Assembly: GCA_002104905.1 (NCBI GenBank)
Contig: MCFE01000472.1
Location: forward strand, 1 to 64,000
DNA from: Basidiobolus meristosporus CBS 931.73
Lineage: Eukaryota; Fungi; Basidiobolomycota
Direction: 5' to 3'
DNA: 64,000 nt
Under the pieces are notes generated by a model that worked only from the letters and a program-made list of their open reading frames with translations, was not told where the DNA came from and ran no database searches. Below, piece after piece: positions 14,340-25,889 of the stretch. The first letter of the stretch is position 1; every line of letters starts with the position of its first letter. A program made the translations under genes and the position numbers.

Positions 14340-14460
14340 TCTGGTAAATGAGCTAATTTGATCTTGACTATATGGGAATAGTCACAGGATCATATATCTG
14401 AAATTAAGTGGAATTGTTAGGGATGTAGTATAGGTGTGCAAAGTGAATCACAACCAAATG
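14340..14460 (-). repeat. Fragment of the Copia-family LTR
   Basis: Reverse complement ttcagatatatgatcctgtgactattcccatatagtcaagatcaaattagc matches the middle of LTRs 7947-8316 and 10116-10484. Confidence 0.6.
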
Positions 14461-15667
14461 CTTCAGTAGCAATCCCTGTGCAAAAAAACCTAGGAGAAGA
14501 TGATGCAGTTGCATTGAATTGCTATTATTTGTCATGATCCAATCAACGCATTTTTTTTTCAATCCTAATCAAGCCATCACAAATCAGTGATCACTAAGTT
14601 TTTGATATAAGTAATACCAAGGTTGTCTCACATTTGAGACAGAACTCCTATAAATAAGCACCCTGCATATATATACATCATCTGTAGCACCAGTACAATC
14701 ATTTGATCTGTTTTGCACCTATCCAATTGGTTGAGTGCTAACTATGACACCTTGTCCAATCACTAGGATCAAGAATCTACTTGCTCAATGGGCAAAATGG
14801 GACATTTGATGGCAAATCTGGTAGCTTGTGTATTGGTCAAAGAGCCAATTGGGGGCTGACAGCAGCAGGATACTTTTGGACCAATTAACCACTGAGATAC
14901 CATCCAATTGGAGTGATGGTAACCAAAATGGTAAGTATCAGTTTAGTTTATAGAGTGATTTGCATTTATCACCATTTATATTAAAGAAACATAGCCAAAT
15001 ACTGGATTTTACCATTTATCTGTGCCAAACTCATTGTGTCAGATTGTGCCATAGTGTGCAAGATTGTCCCACATGGTGCAAAATTGTTGAAGAGCAATCC
15101 TGCCTACTGGTAGCTGACAACATGCTTGCTAACTCAGGTAATGGTGATACATGATGGCCACTTGCTGGTCTTTAACTGAAAGTACTGCTTTTGCTACACT
15201 CTCATCTGCCTCAGCATTATAGTCAGCTTGCAGCTCCACAGAGAATCCCAACTGCCTACTTGACTGAGTGCCTGAGGAGTCTGCATTATTGCCTTCAGTG
15301 GGCACACTGTCCACAGGGCCTTTTTTGGTTGTAGCCCCACCTGTTGCACTGAATGTCAAAGCAAGCTGTTGTCCAGCCATTCTTCTGCTGCTGTCAGCTG
15401 TAGGGCTTTGTTGGAAACCAGACAACTTTGCTTTTTTGGCGGCATATATATGGAAATGAGTCAAAGCAAAGGGTAAATGGTGTTACATATATGTGTGTAT
15501 GTGGTGCCACAACTTTATTGATAATGCTTACTATGGTGGGTCATCATTGAACCTTACATTCATGTAGGCGTAATATCTCAGATACAAGACTGTCTTAAAT
15601 TTACATGAGTATTGACAAAAAAATGATATAATAGTGTTGTATTGTTGAGTGTCAAGATATTTGCCCC

Positions 15668-18600
15668 ATGGACAAGACTACTTTGATTCTACACCATAAG
15701 AGAAGAGAAAAAAGATCATGTGGCTATTGTAGCAAGCCTCTCAGCCATGAAGCACGCAGACAGCATAGGAAGTATCACAAGGATCACAGCTACTGTTTTG
15801 CCACACAAGTCATATTTCACCATTCACCAGTCACTACTGTACCCACAATATCTTGCCAGCCACTTGATACTTCTATAACAGCACCTGGCTGTACTTGTCA
15901 CCTTGCACAAACTGAGGCAGGTGAGTTTGTGATGCCTTTAGGCCCACCCCAGTCTTCTGAATATGGCATGCAGTGTGATAGCTCTGAAGAGGCAGGCTCA
16001 CTGATGAGTTGTGAGCATATCTACCCTAACAACAGAACCCTGCATGAGCCTAGCAAAATCCCATTATGCAATGAGACAACACCCATGGAAAAAATGCCAA
16101 GGGTACTCTATGAAGTCAAGTGAGTCCAGTAATTCATCTACTGGTGAATAATGTGATGTTGTTACTAGAGAAGTGGCACATTTCCACCAATATCAGTAAT
16201 GGGGGGTTTGAGGATATATTACTGCTTCTTGTGTTAACAGTTACATAGCATTCACATCAGAAAATGCCACCATTGCAAGGTGCAGAACTTGTCAGGAATC
16301 CACCACCATTGGGGGTAAACATTGCCCACACTCTCAATGTATTCTGGTAATACCTTATCTAAAGAAGCTCATGCAGTCCAACAAATGTTGTGAAGCTATA
16401 AAGTACCACACTCAGCTTCAATCATGTGCATACATATCTAATATATTTGATGGCAAACATTACAAACAGCTAAGAAGCAAGGGCTACTTTGAAGGTATAT
16501 ATGACCATGCCTTTGCCTTAATACCTGATAGATTCTCATTAAACAAGTACACTACCAGCAGATCCTGCTGGCCACTGATTGTCATCAACCTGAATCTGCC
16601 ACCTATTTTAGAGTATCAGAGCAGAAATCTGATGGTAGTCGCACTGGTATATAGGCCTAAATCACCATTCAACCCTGATAGCTACCTGTATCCATTGCTG
16701 GATAAATTTTGTATGCTTTCCAGCAGGATAACAGTATATGGCCATCATGTCAAAGTGCTGTATGTGAGTACTAAATGTAGTACCCACTCTTTACCCAAGA
16801 GTTCTCCCCAGTGTCCTACCCAAAGTCCCCCAGTATCCTCCCTATGATTCCCCCACATGTCCTCCCTCCTATCCCTGCCCTTATCTAGTTAGAACACTTA
16901 CCATAACAGGAAGGTGCTCACACCCCTATTTTATAACACATTGTCTATTATCTAAGCCCCCCCCAAGTGTTATATATATATCTATCCAATTGAACCAAGT
17001 GAGAGGACAGGAAGATTTGGACAGAATAAACACAAGTCTTTATTACCTTGCTACCTTCTATTGGAAGCTATTCTGAATCAAGTGGTACTGACTTGACCTA
17101 CAAGCTCTCCCACTCACCAATTACAGTCAGTAATAACCCACACTGTAGTGGTGTATAAGTCCAAGGGAGAGATACATCTAGTACTTCTCAAGCGTTTTGA
17201 GTGTGGAGTGTTCACTAGGTGCAATAACCTCTGTCAAAAGCTTGCTAGGAGTACTTGGGCTCTGTCTCCACTCTAATGTCAAGGGGAATAAAGCCACAAG
17301 CTTGTCAATGGAAAACTATTGAGCTATAATCCCCAACTTAGTTGACATCTTAACAAAAGTATGTGCTGGGTTCATCATCCTTTGAGATGGCTATGTACTA
17401 AAGCTTCCAATGTCAAAACAACTGTAAACTCCACCAGCAGGGACTTGATATGAGTGCAGCAGTGGTCAATAGTTACAAAGACAGAAAAGTATCTTTGCCT
17501 GTATAAGAACAAGTTTGGGAAAGAATAAAATATAGTAAAAGAAACCTATTCTGAGTATTCCTCACAAGTAATGCCTCCAAGGTCAGTTAGCTGTCAGCAC
17601 AGTTTCCTGGGAGTGGCCTGTGGTCTGGGATTGGAATTCAGGTAGCAGCAGGTAGCAGTAATCACACTAATCAACAAGTTGGTATATTCATAAAAGGGAT
17701 GATGATTTACTGTTGAGGGATTGCCTCCCTTATATACTTTTCTCACTGGCTAAGTGATTACTAATCATGATGTTCTAGAAGGTCCTGGAGATCAATAGAA
17801 AAGTGAAAATCACATAATCTACTTGTTCCCCCAATCACTTCCAACATCTCCAAGACTCTGTCAACAAAAATATGATGGTATTCTGCTGGCCTTTTGTTAA
17901 TTTTCTTAGCAAGAGTGCTCTGCCCAGATTGCTGATCAATATCTACTTCAATTATTTCACCAAGATATTAGGTATCCATGACCTAAATGAACTCCAAGCT
18001 CTACACATATACTCTTTAAATTGTGATAAATATATTGTATAAGTTTGCTCTTTCCAGTCTATGCAAAAGTGTAAATACTGCTATGACATTCAACATCTCA
18101 TTATGTAAAAGCCACAAATTCTTGTTGTCTTCCTGACCATGCCCAATATCTCCAAAACACTTACAACCCATTTTACACACCATTGCATGGTCCAATGGAG
18201 CAAGTGACTGTGAAGCTCTAGATAATAGCCAAGTTGCTTTAGGCACAACCCTACTGATGCTATACTAAGAGGCTCTCTTGTCAACCATTAGCTGGATGCA
18301 GACATGATTGCTTGTATAGCAACTAGGCTTAATTAATATCAATATTTAGGTGAGGAAAAAGTGTTGTGAGCATACATATTCACCAAAATTCCTAAATACA
18401 CTGAAACAATCAGCCCCTAAATATCACTGTGAAATTGTAAATTTTGAATTTACACTTGATTACTCCATTTATTTGGCCATGTAGATTGTAGCATACAAAT
18501 CTCAGAGTACTGACCAAAATATCAGGTACCCATGACACAAACAATATCAAAGTTTTCCAAAGACCCCCTGACTTTGCACACTTGTTCTTGGGATATTCTA

Positions 18601-18900
18601 CATAGTTGCTATGCCAAAGCCAAGTAAAAGTGTAAATACTTGCCTCCTCAACAATCTTAATGTATATAATTGCTGATTCATGGCCAACACCAGATAACAA
18701 TAGCATTCAAAGTTCCAATTAGCCAACATATCTATGGATGATTTGGAGGTATACTGGCACATTACAGTAGTTATCACCAGTTGCCTAGTTGAAGAAACAA
18801 AAATCACCAGGAAGCAGTATACAGAGTTGGCAACCAGTTGGTAGATAGTGAGATTTTTGAGTGCTTCCAAGATCACAACCGCTCTAAGTAACTGATGGCA
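15668..18900 (+). mobile_element. CACTA/EnSpm (Transposase_21-like) DNA transposon remnant, interrupted at about 16776-17801 by inserted repeats
   Basis: ORF 16371..16847 has ISNIFDGKHY, SCWPLIVINLNLPP and PKSPFNPDSYLYPLLDKF, typical of this transposase family. After the insertion there are fragments such as LPDHAQYLQNTYNPFYTPLHGPMEQV (like HLPD...GP...FPMER). The Cys/His-rich N-terminal ORF 15668..16123 is probably part of it. Confidence 0.7.
17100..17801. repeat. Second copy (inverted) of the unclassified repeat at 2095-2800
   Basis: Direct visual alignment to the reverse complement of 2095-2800. Confidence 0.8.
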
Positions 18901-19612
18901 ATTGTACAAACAAAGCTTAAAATCAATTTACAATGGAAGCTTACACATGGATTTGAACAAAGGGTGCTTACTGTTATATTGACGAACAACCATTCAGTAG
19001 CAAAGATCACCAACCCAAACCCGGATCTGTGTTGATAAAAAAGGATTTTGAAACGAGCCGCTTACAGGGATACTTGGTTGATCTTCATCGTGCCCTTTAG
19101 GGCCTTATGATCCACAGCCAGCACATCCCACCACACGGCCCTAAGGAGCACGATGGAGTTTAGCATTTGCCCAAGCCCATTGTGCCATTATCCCCATTAT
19201 TTCCAGTCCCAATGGAAGGAGAATTTTGACAATCAGGGGGGAATCCCATGAATTCCACCGCCTACAACAAACGGGCCGGAACTCCAGGAAACCATTGGCC
19301 CAACCAGAAAATATCCGTCCCGTCCCCACACTGTCCAGAACAATCATGTCGGACGCAAGTGGTTTCATGCACTTTGCGAAATCTGGTGGGAAATTACAAT
19401 GGATTGCCTTTCCGCCATCTCCACTAGAACTGCATCCTTAAATATTCTCCATGGTATAAAACCGACGGTCGCCTGGACCCAATACAGTGACTCGTTTCAC
19501 AACCCGGCTTTATAGAACACACCCACACCCACACTCGCGCTCACGCTACCCGCACCCCTACCCCTACCTACCCCCACCCATACACCACATTAGAGAGAGG
19601 CCCGTGCTTAGA

Positions 19613-20461
19613 ATGGAGCCTCAACCAACTTTAGAATTGTTAAGGAATTCCGTGGCGTTGACGACGTTTGGAAAAGACATACTGACTCATTACCCGACCC
19701 CGTTAGAATTGAACGCTTTCTTGTTACCGTTTCTAAGGTACAAGGAGAACAACGTCAAATCGGCCACCAAGCTAATCCAGCAATACTGGCAGTTCCGTAC
19801 TGAGAAGCTTGGCCTATACACTCGGTAAGCCAGCCCAACCAAACCCCCTTACCACCCAACTGCTTCTCTAACTCGGCTCCTCTGACCGCCTAGCCTGACT
19901 CCTCGCGAAGTGCAGGTCCCCTTACATACAAAGTTCATCGCCATGCCAAATACGCGAGACCTGGAGGGCCGCCCGATCATCGTCATTTTCTTCAATAGAA
20001 TGATAGAAGGGAAGATCAGCGATCTAGAAACATTACGCAGCATCTGGTTCGTGTTGGAGAACATCGTTCAATTCGAGGAGAGTCAAAAGAAGGGGGTTTG
20101 CCTGATCGTTTGCTTGGAAGGTGGGACCAAGACAAATCGGGACCGGACAAGGATAGAGCTTCTCTTCGACAGCGTGCAGAATAAGATCCCGGTCAAACTT
20201 GGCTCGGTGTTCATCCTGAATCCACCCCAGTGGTTTCGCTTCTTCTGGTCAGTGTCGAGCAATTTTCTGAAGGCAAAACTGGTGAAAAGAATCAAGGTCC
20301 TCTCCGGGGACTACCAAGAACAGTTGTGGCAGAACATTGGCAAGCAGAACCTCTTGAGGGAACTTGGTGGCGACTTCATGTTTGATCATGACAGGTGGTT
20401 GAATGAGCTCTACGAGGAGAAGCCCACCCTTGACTCCGCTCCTTCGGTGTCCTGTCAATGA
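19613..20461 (+). CDS. CRAL-TRIO (Sec14-like) lipid-binding domain protein; join(19613..19824,19894..20461), 259 aa
   Basis: GT-AG intron 19825-19893 joins the two ORFs in frame. LLPFLRY (CRAL_TRIO_N), RDLEGRPII, QNKIPVKLGSVFILNPPQWF and L.ELGG are Sec14-fold motifs. Confidence 0.85.
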
Positions 20462-21806
20462 AATCATCGCTTGGCTGGAGGAACGAAACCCGTTTTACCG
20501 GGGGAGACAACGTTGGACCATTAAATTCGTCCGCTCTAAACCTCATTAAACCTGCAAGGATTTGGTGGCGATTATCTACACGCAGAAGTGTAGCCCTTAT
20601 GAGCTATATATCCACGGAATCCCTCTCGAGCTTGCAATTACTAGAGTGGACCTTATCCGGCCAACCAACCCGCAAATCCCAAACTCTCCGAACATTAACT
20701 ACCCTCCGGGCAATGAATTAACCCCAATATCCATCCGTTTCAATAAGCAGCTTCCATCCAGCCCTACGACACTAACTCGAACTGGGCCCTTAACCATCAT
20801 TAATGTATTCATATAATTCACCCACTAAGCCAGGCAAGTTAGACAACAATATTCCGGAAATTCAGATGCGACCATCTGGCCAAATAACCACATCAACATC
20901 CATACATCCTGCGGCCTCATCAAAAATCCCCCTACTGTAATTGTAATAAAGCGGGCCCACACTTCGCATAAACAAGTCGTTGCTTGGCAGTGGTGGTGGC
21001 CGTACCAACAACTACGTGCGTCGGGCTCCGAGATACAACGCTGACCGGCCTTGAAGGCTAGGTCCGTTGTAGCCATCTCTGCGTACAGGGCTCGATTGGT
21101 CCTGATTACGAGCCCTCCACAAACAAGTGATTAGCAAATAGCTAGACACCTGGGGTCAAGCCATGGGTGTAGTGCATTGTAATAGGACGGAGACTTGCAG
21201 CAGAAGATCTGAAACGAACTGGTACCCGCGTGTTGCGACCCACCGGCGTGACACAACAATCTGCATCCCGTGGTGAGCTTACTTCTGATAGTGATAACTG
21301 GGAATTCCGCTTCACCAAGCCTTGGGAAGCAAATCCTCAGCCCGATCTTCTCCGGGATATCGCCATCCACGGGGCGACTTGGTTCCAATATGGACGAAAA
21401 ATACGATGTGGTTGGCACCCCAGTGTCCAATGGTTTTGCGTAAACCAGCCTCCTCTGCAGCAAGGACTCGGGGGATTCCGGAGCGGGCCCAGCAGAGTGA
21501 AACTGAACCCAATATCCGGGTACGATCATCCAGATCCTGATACACCCGAGATTGTTGATAGAGTACCAGCCGGAAGTCTACGAACCTCCAAAGATATCCA
21601 ACCAACACCAATGGATGGTACAGCTTACTATCAAGTCACATGCGTGATTGACAGATAGGCCTTGACACTGGATACTGGACATGATATGAGCGGAAGATAA
21701 GCTGGCGTATGTGGATTGTCGATGCTCCGATCGGAGTCGCAGGCAGTCGCCTATATAATGGCGGGACTGGGGCTGGCTCGACAGTAGCGTAAACTTGATT
21801 TAAGGC

Positions 21807-22484
21807 ATGAGAAGCATCCAAGTATTCGAGGAGATTCAGTATTCCTTCAAGATACTAGCCAACAACGATTTCAAGCTGCCAGACACCCCGACCCCGACCT
21901 CCATCGACCCTGCGGCCCTGAAGAATTTCGCGCTGAACAAGTTTTGGGACAAGCTGTGGACTGAGCATGAGGAGCCACACGAGTGTTCGGTGTGGAAGCA
22001 CCGGGTTAACAGCGTCGAGCATATACTTCATTGCGTCGCCCCGAGCCGGCCGTACGATGCATTTGTCATGCCGTTGATGGACACTTACCTGCGCAAACTG
22101 GGCGCACTTGCCGCCGAAACTCGAGCATGTCTGGAGATTTTCAGCAAGCTGGAGCCAACTCGATCAATCGCGCTGTTCAGATCAATCTTACCGTCGACTC
22201 TGATTGAAAGGCTGATCGCCACCGTTCGTTCCCAGTTGGTATTACCGATCCTGCATCAGTGGAGCACTTTGAGCACGCTGTGGGTCTATCATGAACTTTA
22301 CCTGCCCTTCCAACGCGGAAAGAGGGCCATCAACAAGCGCATGTCCATCGAATACATCCTGAATACACCAGACTCCAACCATGGCGCCCATTATCCAACG
22401 GAGGATGTAGCAAACGATCCGCCACTGTTGAACCCCCACGACCCAGACCAGGATTTCCCCAGAAACCCTGTCTTATGTATATAG
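21807..22484 (+). CDS. Hypothetical intronless protein, 225 aa
   Basis: ATG-initiated ORF with TATATAA at 21752-21758 and coding-like composition. No family recognised. MSIEYILN motif near the C-terminus. Confidence 0.7.
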   Translation: MRSIQVFEEIQYSFKILANNDFKLPDTPTPTSIDPAALKNFALNKFWDKLWTEHEEPHECSVWKHRVNSVEHILHCVAPSRPYDAFVMPLMDTYLRKLGALAAETRACLEIFSKLEPTRSIALFRSILPSTLIERLIATVRSQLVLPILHQWSTLSTLWVYHELYLPFQRGKRAINKRMSIEYILNTPDSNHGAHYPTEDVANDPPLLNPHDPDQDFPRNPVLCI

Positions 22485-22951
22485 CCAACACCGCCCGACC
22501 CTCCACTAACATTCACCACAAGATGGCCCTGTCTAGGCCACCGTTGTACTAACGTCTGCTTCTCATGAGTCAGCCATCATGTAAATTTAATAAATACCCC
22601 ATGCATGCACCGACATCGGTTCCCACGAAATATCGGGTTTTCCCGCGTTCCATCGGGACTTGTTACTAGCACCAAGATGCCACTCGAATGGATACGTCAC
22701 AAAATCTCCACTATTCAGTTTATTCTTGGTGTGTGGGTGGATCGACGTTGATCCTGACGGCTGGACACTATTCTAAGTAGCGGTCGGTGAGGAAGAGCCT
22801 GGCACTGCAGGCGCTTGATAATCGGAGGATCGTGGGGATGAGGAGAATTTTCTTACGACACGTGGATCGCTCGGGTAGATGGATATTGGATATTGGATGA
22901 CGGGGTTGGATGAAATACAAATCAGCGCTGGTGGATGGATGCTAGCACCAC

Positions 22952-23977
22952 TTAAAACATCGCGAAAACGGCCATCATGCCAGCAAGAAGGGCGCCGGCG
23001 TAGAGGGACCCGGAATGGTTGGGGTTGGCAGAGTTCTTGCTGACGCTGGTGGTGTTGGTGTTGGAGCTGCCTGATCCATCAACCGGGTCGCCCTTGTATA
23101 GCTGCTTGTCGCCGAGGCACTCGGGGACAGTAACAATTCGGAATCCGGCGTTGGTTACCATATCAATCAACTCTGCGGCGATATCCACGGAGTAAGGGTG
23201 GATGTCGTGGTGCAATGCCAAGAACTGGTGCTTGGATGCATCAGCTCCCTTGAGAGCGTTCACATAGATCTCCCTGACCTGGTTGGAGTCTCTGTTCTTC
23301 CAGTCCAAACTATCGAGATTCCAGTAGATAACCTGGTAGCCCAAAGACTTCATGAGCTCGAGAGACTCGGGGGTGTAGGCACCAGTAGGGGGCCTCATGT
23401 ACCGGACATGCTTGCCAATGGACTTGAAGATGTTCTCATCGGTTCTATTCATTTCGGATTTGATCCGATCAGGAGACATGATGCGGGTATCGATGGAGAT
23501 ATGGTCGTAAGTATGAGAGGCGATGTGGTGTCCTTCGTCATAGGCTCTCTTCAGCAGCTGCTGAGAAGCTGGACTCTCAAGCATATTGCCTAGAACAAAG
23601 AACGTCACCTTCACATTCTTGCTCTTCAAGACATCCAGCAGCTTGGGGGTCAGGGTCAAATGGGGTCCGTCGTCGAATGTCATCGCAAAGGTTCCTGGGA
23701 CGTTGCATTGATGGATGTAGGTCCCTTCGGTTGGTGCAGGTCCCTTGGAAGCCTCCGGTTTGCCATCACACTGGAATAAACAATTGGTTTGGCAGAAATC
23801 CTGAGTAGCTCCGCAAAACCCGTGTTTGGAGCAACAATAACCAGCTTGGCATTGCACTAGAGATGGGCTGTTGCCGCATCCAAGCTGGGCAGGATTGGGT
23901 GTGGTTTGGCCGCCTACATTACTCACGTGAGTCAAGGTAAGGGATGCAGCAAAGATGATGAGTGAAGAAAAGCGCAT
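22952..23977 (-). CDS. Secreted, probably GPI-anchored chitin deacetylase (CE4/NodB) with N-terminal hevein/CBM18 chitin-binding domain
   Basis: Signal peptide; CCSKHGFCG hevein motif; NodB motifs TFDDGP, HIASHTYDH, RPPTG, DSLDW, LHHD; Ser/Thr/Asn linker and hydrophobic C-terminal tail. Confidence 0.93.
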   Translation of the reverse strand: MRFSSLIIFAASLTLTHVSNVGGQTTPNPAQLGCGNSPSLVQCQAGYCCSKHGFCGATQDFCQTNCLFQCDGKPEASKGPAPTEGTYIHQCNVPGTFAMTFDDGPHLTLTPKLLDVLKSKNVKVTFFVLGNMLESPASQQLLKRAYDEGHHIASHTYDHISIDTRIMSPDRIKSEMNRTDENIFKSIGKHVRYMRPPTGAYTPESLELMKSLGYQVIYWNLDSLDWKNRDSNQVREIYVNALKGADASKHQFLALHHDIHPYSVDIAAELIDMVTNAGFRIVTVPECLGDKQLYKGDPVDGSGSSNTNTTSVSKNSANPNHSGSLYAGALLAGMMAVFAMF

Positions 23978-25889
23978 CGTGGAGATTAGGTTTACAGTGA
24001 AAATTTGGAACTGAAGATCCCAACTTCTATGGTGCCTGCAGCGGAAACCAGGCTTTTATGGCGCTCCAGAGAGAAAAAGCTACATAGCACACTGGGAGGA
24101 CACCAATCATCTTCGCACGGAATCCGGTCTCATTAAGTACAAAAATAGATTTAGCCAGCGGATAAACATGTCTGGATGGATGCAGTCGATAAAGCATATT
24201 GCAATGAAGCGTAATTCTTGACACAAGCCAAATCTGAAATCACACTAGTTCCTCTTTGGTGGCCACCCTTAAATCAGATCCCATCTTCGACTATATCCTG
24301 TGCTACGATATCCACGAATAAATTTCCGAAATAGTGTTTATTGCCCCCAAGGGCGTAATTGTTGCGGTTTGTGCACCCACGAGTTTACTTGTATGCAGAA
24401 TGGATTTCCACAGCTACCCGCTGCATCGGGAGCAGCGGCCCTCCCCCCCCCGCTGAGCCCATGGCATGGAAAGGTCCAGTGGCTGCCTGGTGATCGGATA
24501 ATCCAGGCCATATTCCCCATACAGGAATATTAACGTTGTAGATGCAACGATATTTATTTCGCTGGCGCCAAACCTGCTTTGAGAGAAATCAATATGCAGT
24601 AGCCAAAACCTGGAGAATGCTGGATTCCGCTGCTATTAATACTACTAAGGGGAGATGGCGATTCTTGGAAAGTGTGCATCTAGATTGCCATGGTGACGGG
24701 GGCAATTTGACCTTAATTAGTGCGATCAAAAGCTGAGAGCCTTTGGGCTCCAGAATGCCGCTGGCAGCCTACCTTGAGCTGGGAACTATTCAACAGGATG
24801 TATGCTGTATAACCGCCCTGGGTTCTCAGTCGATAAATGTGTCAAGTGCCAGATACGAACATCTGGAAGTGGCTGCATCATATATAGGAGAGAAAACCAT
24901 TTGTGTTAGTTGGCAAATTAGCTTCTTATGGAATCAACAACGCTTTCGAATCAGCGTATACAAGGCGCTCACTAATATACCCCTTCAAACAGTCCCACCG
25001 GTTCCTCACTGGACCTGTATGAATGAGTGCCTCCACTATCAGAGTCCTCTCTGATATCACGGTAATACGCCAGGATCCATCTGATTCGCCAATAGCTCTT
25101 TTGCGTCACGGTACTATTTATACGTAAGACCATTTTGGGCCAACTGTCCTGATTCGCTTGATATTGCCCACTTTCACAGCTGGAAAAAGAAACCTAAATT
25201 CCCACTTGAACTGGCGGACTGATGGGTGACTCTCATCCCCAAACTTCACTATGTTCAACGCAATCCCCTAAAGTGCAATGATCGTTTGATGCTTTTACTC
25301 AAAAACATTACACACACGGTTACGTATTTCTGGGGTTGGCAATAAGCAACAAGTGTTGATTCCAGTAAAGCAGGTAAGAATGTGTTCCGTTATGACTTGC
25401 ATATTGGAATGTGCTACAACGTACCACGCCACATGTACTTGCCTTGGCGATTGATGGATTTATAACGTTCCTTGGGGTCAAAGGCCTTGAAAGCAAGGTT
25501 GCCACAAAGGGTTTCCCAGTCCGTAACCCTAAGGTCTTAGTACCGGCATCAAGGGCATAGGACATAGTCGCTGATCGCATAGGAAATATATACGATTGTG
25601 GGTAGGGTGTGAGATCTAGGCGCCCTGACACTCATGTTCTATTCTATTACTTCATTGTGATAAAAGCAACTACAGTTACTTGTCACGAAATAAAGGCACG
25701 GTATTTGCGGTAAACATACTACAGGCTCCATAACAAAATGCAAGTTGTTGAAATCTAGTTTACGACCAGCATTTTTGGGGTTGGAATATCTCATCCATCA
25801 ATCCAACCATTGAACTGGCCCCTCCGATAATTGGTGATTTAGAGAATTGATGTCATGGCCACCGTTGTCAACTAATCTATAACGCACAC

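Noticed and set aside
18016-18284. Minus-strand ORFs suggesting Merlin/ISXO2 or Helitron motifs
   Set aside because: The plus strand gives fragments collinear with the upstream CACTA-type transposase, which is the simpler explanation.
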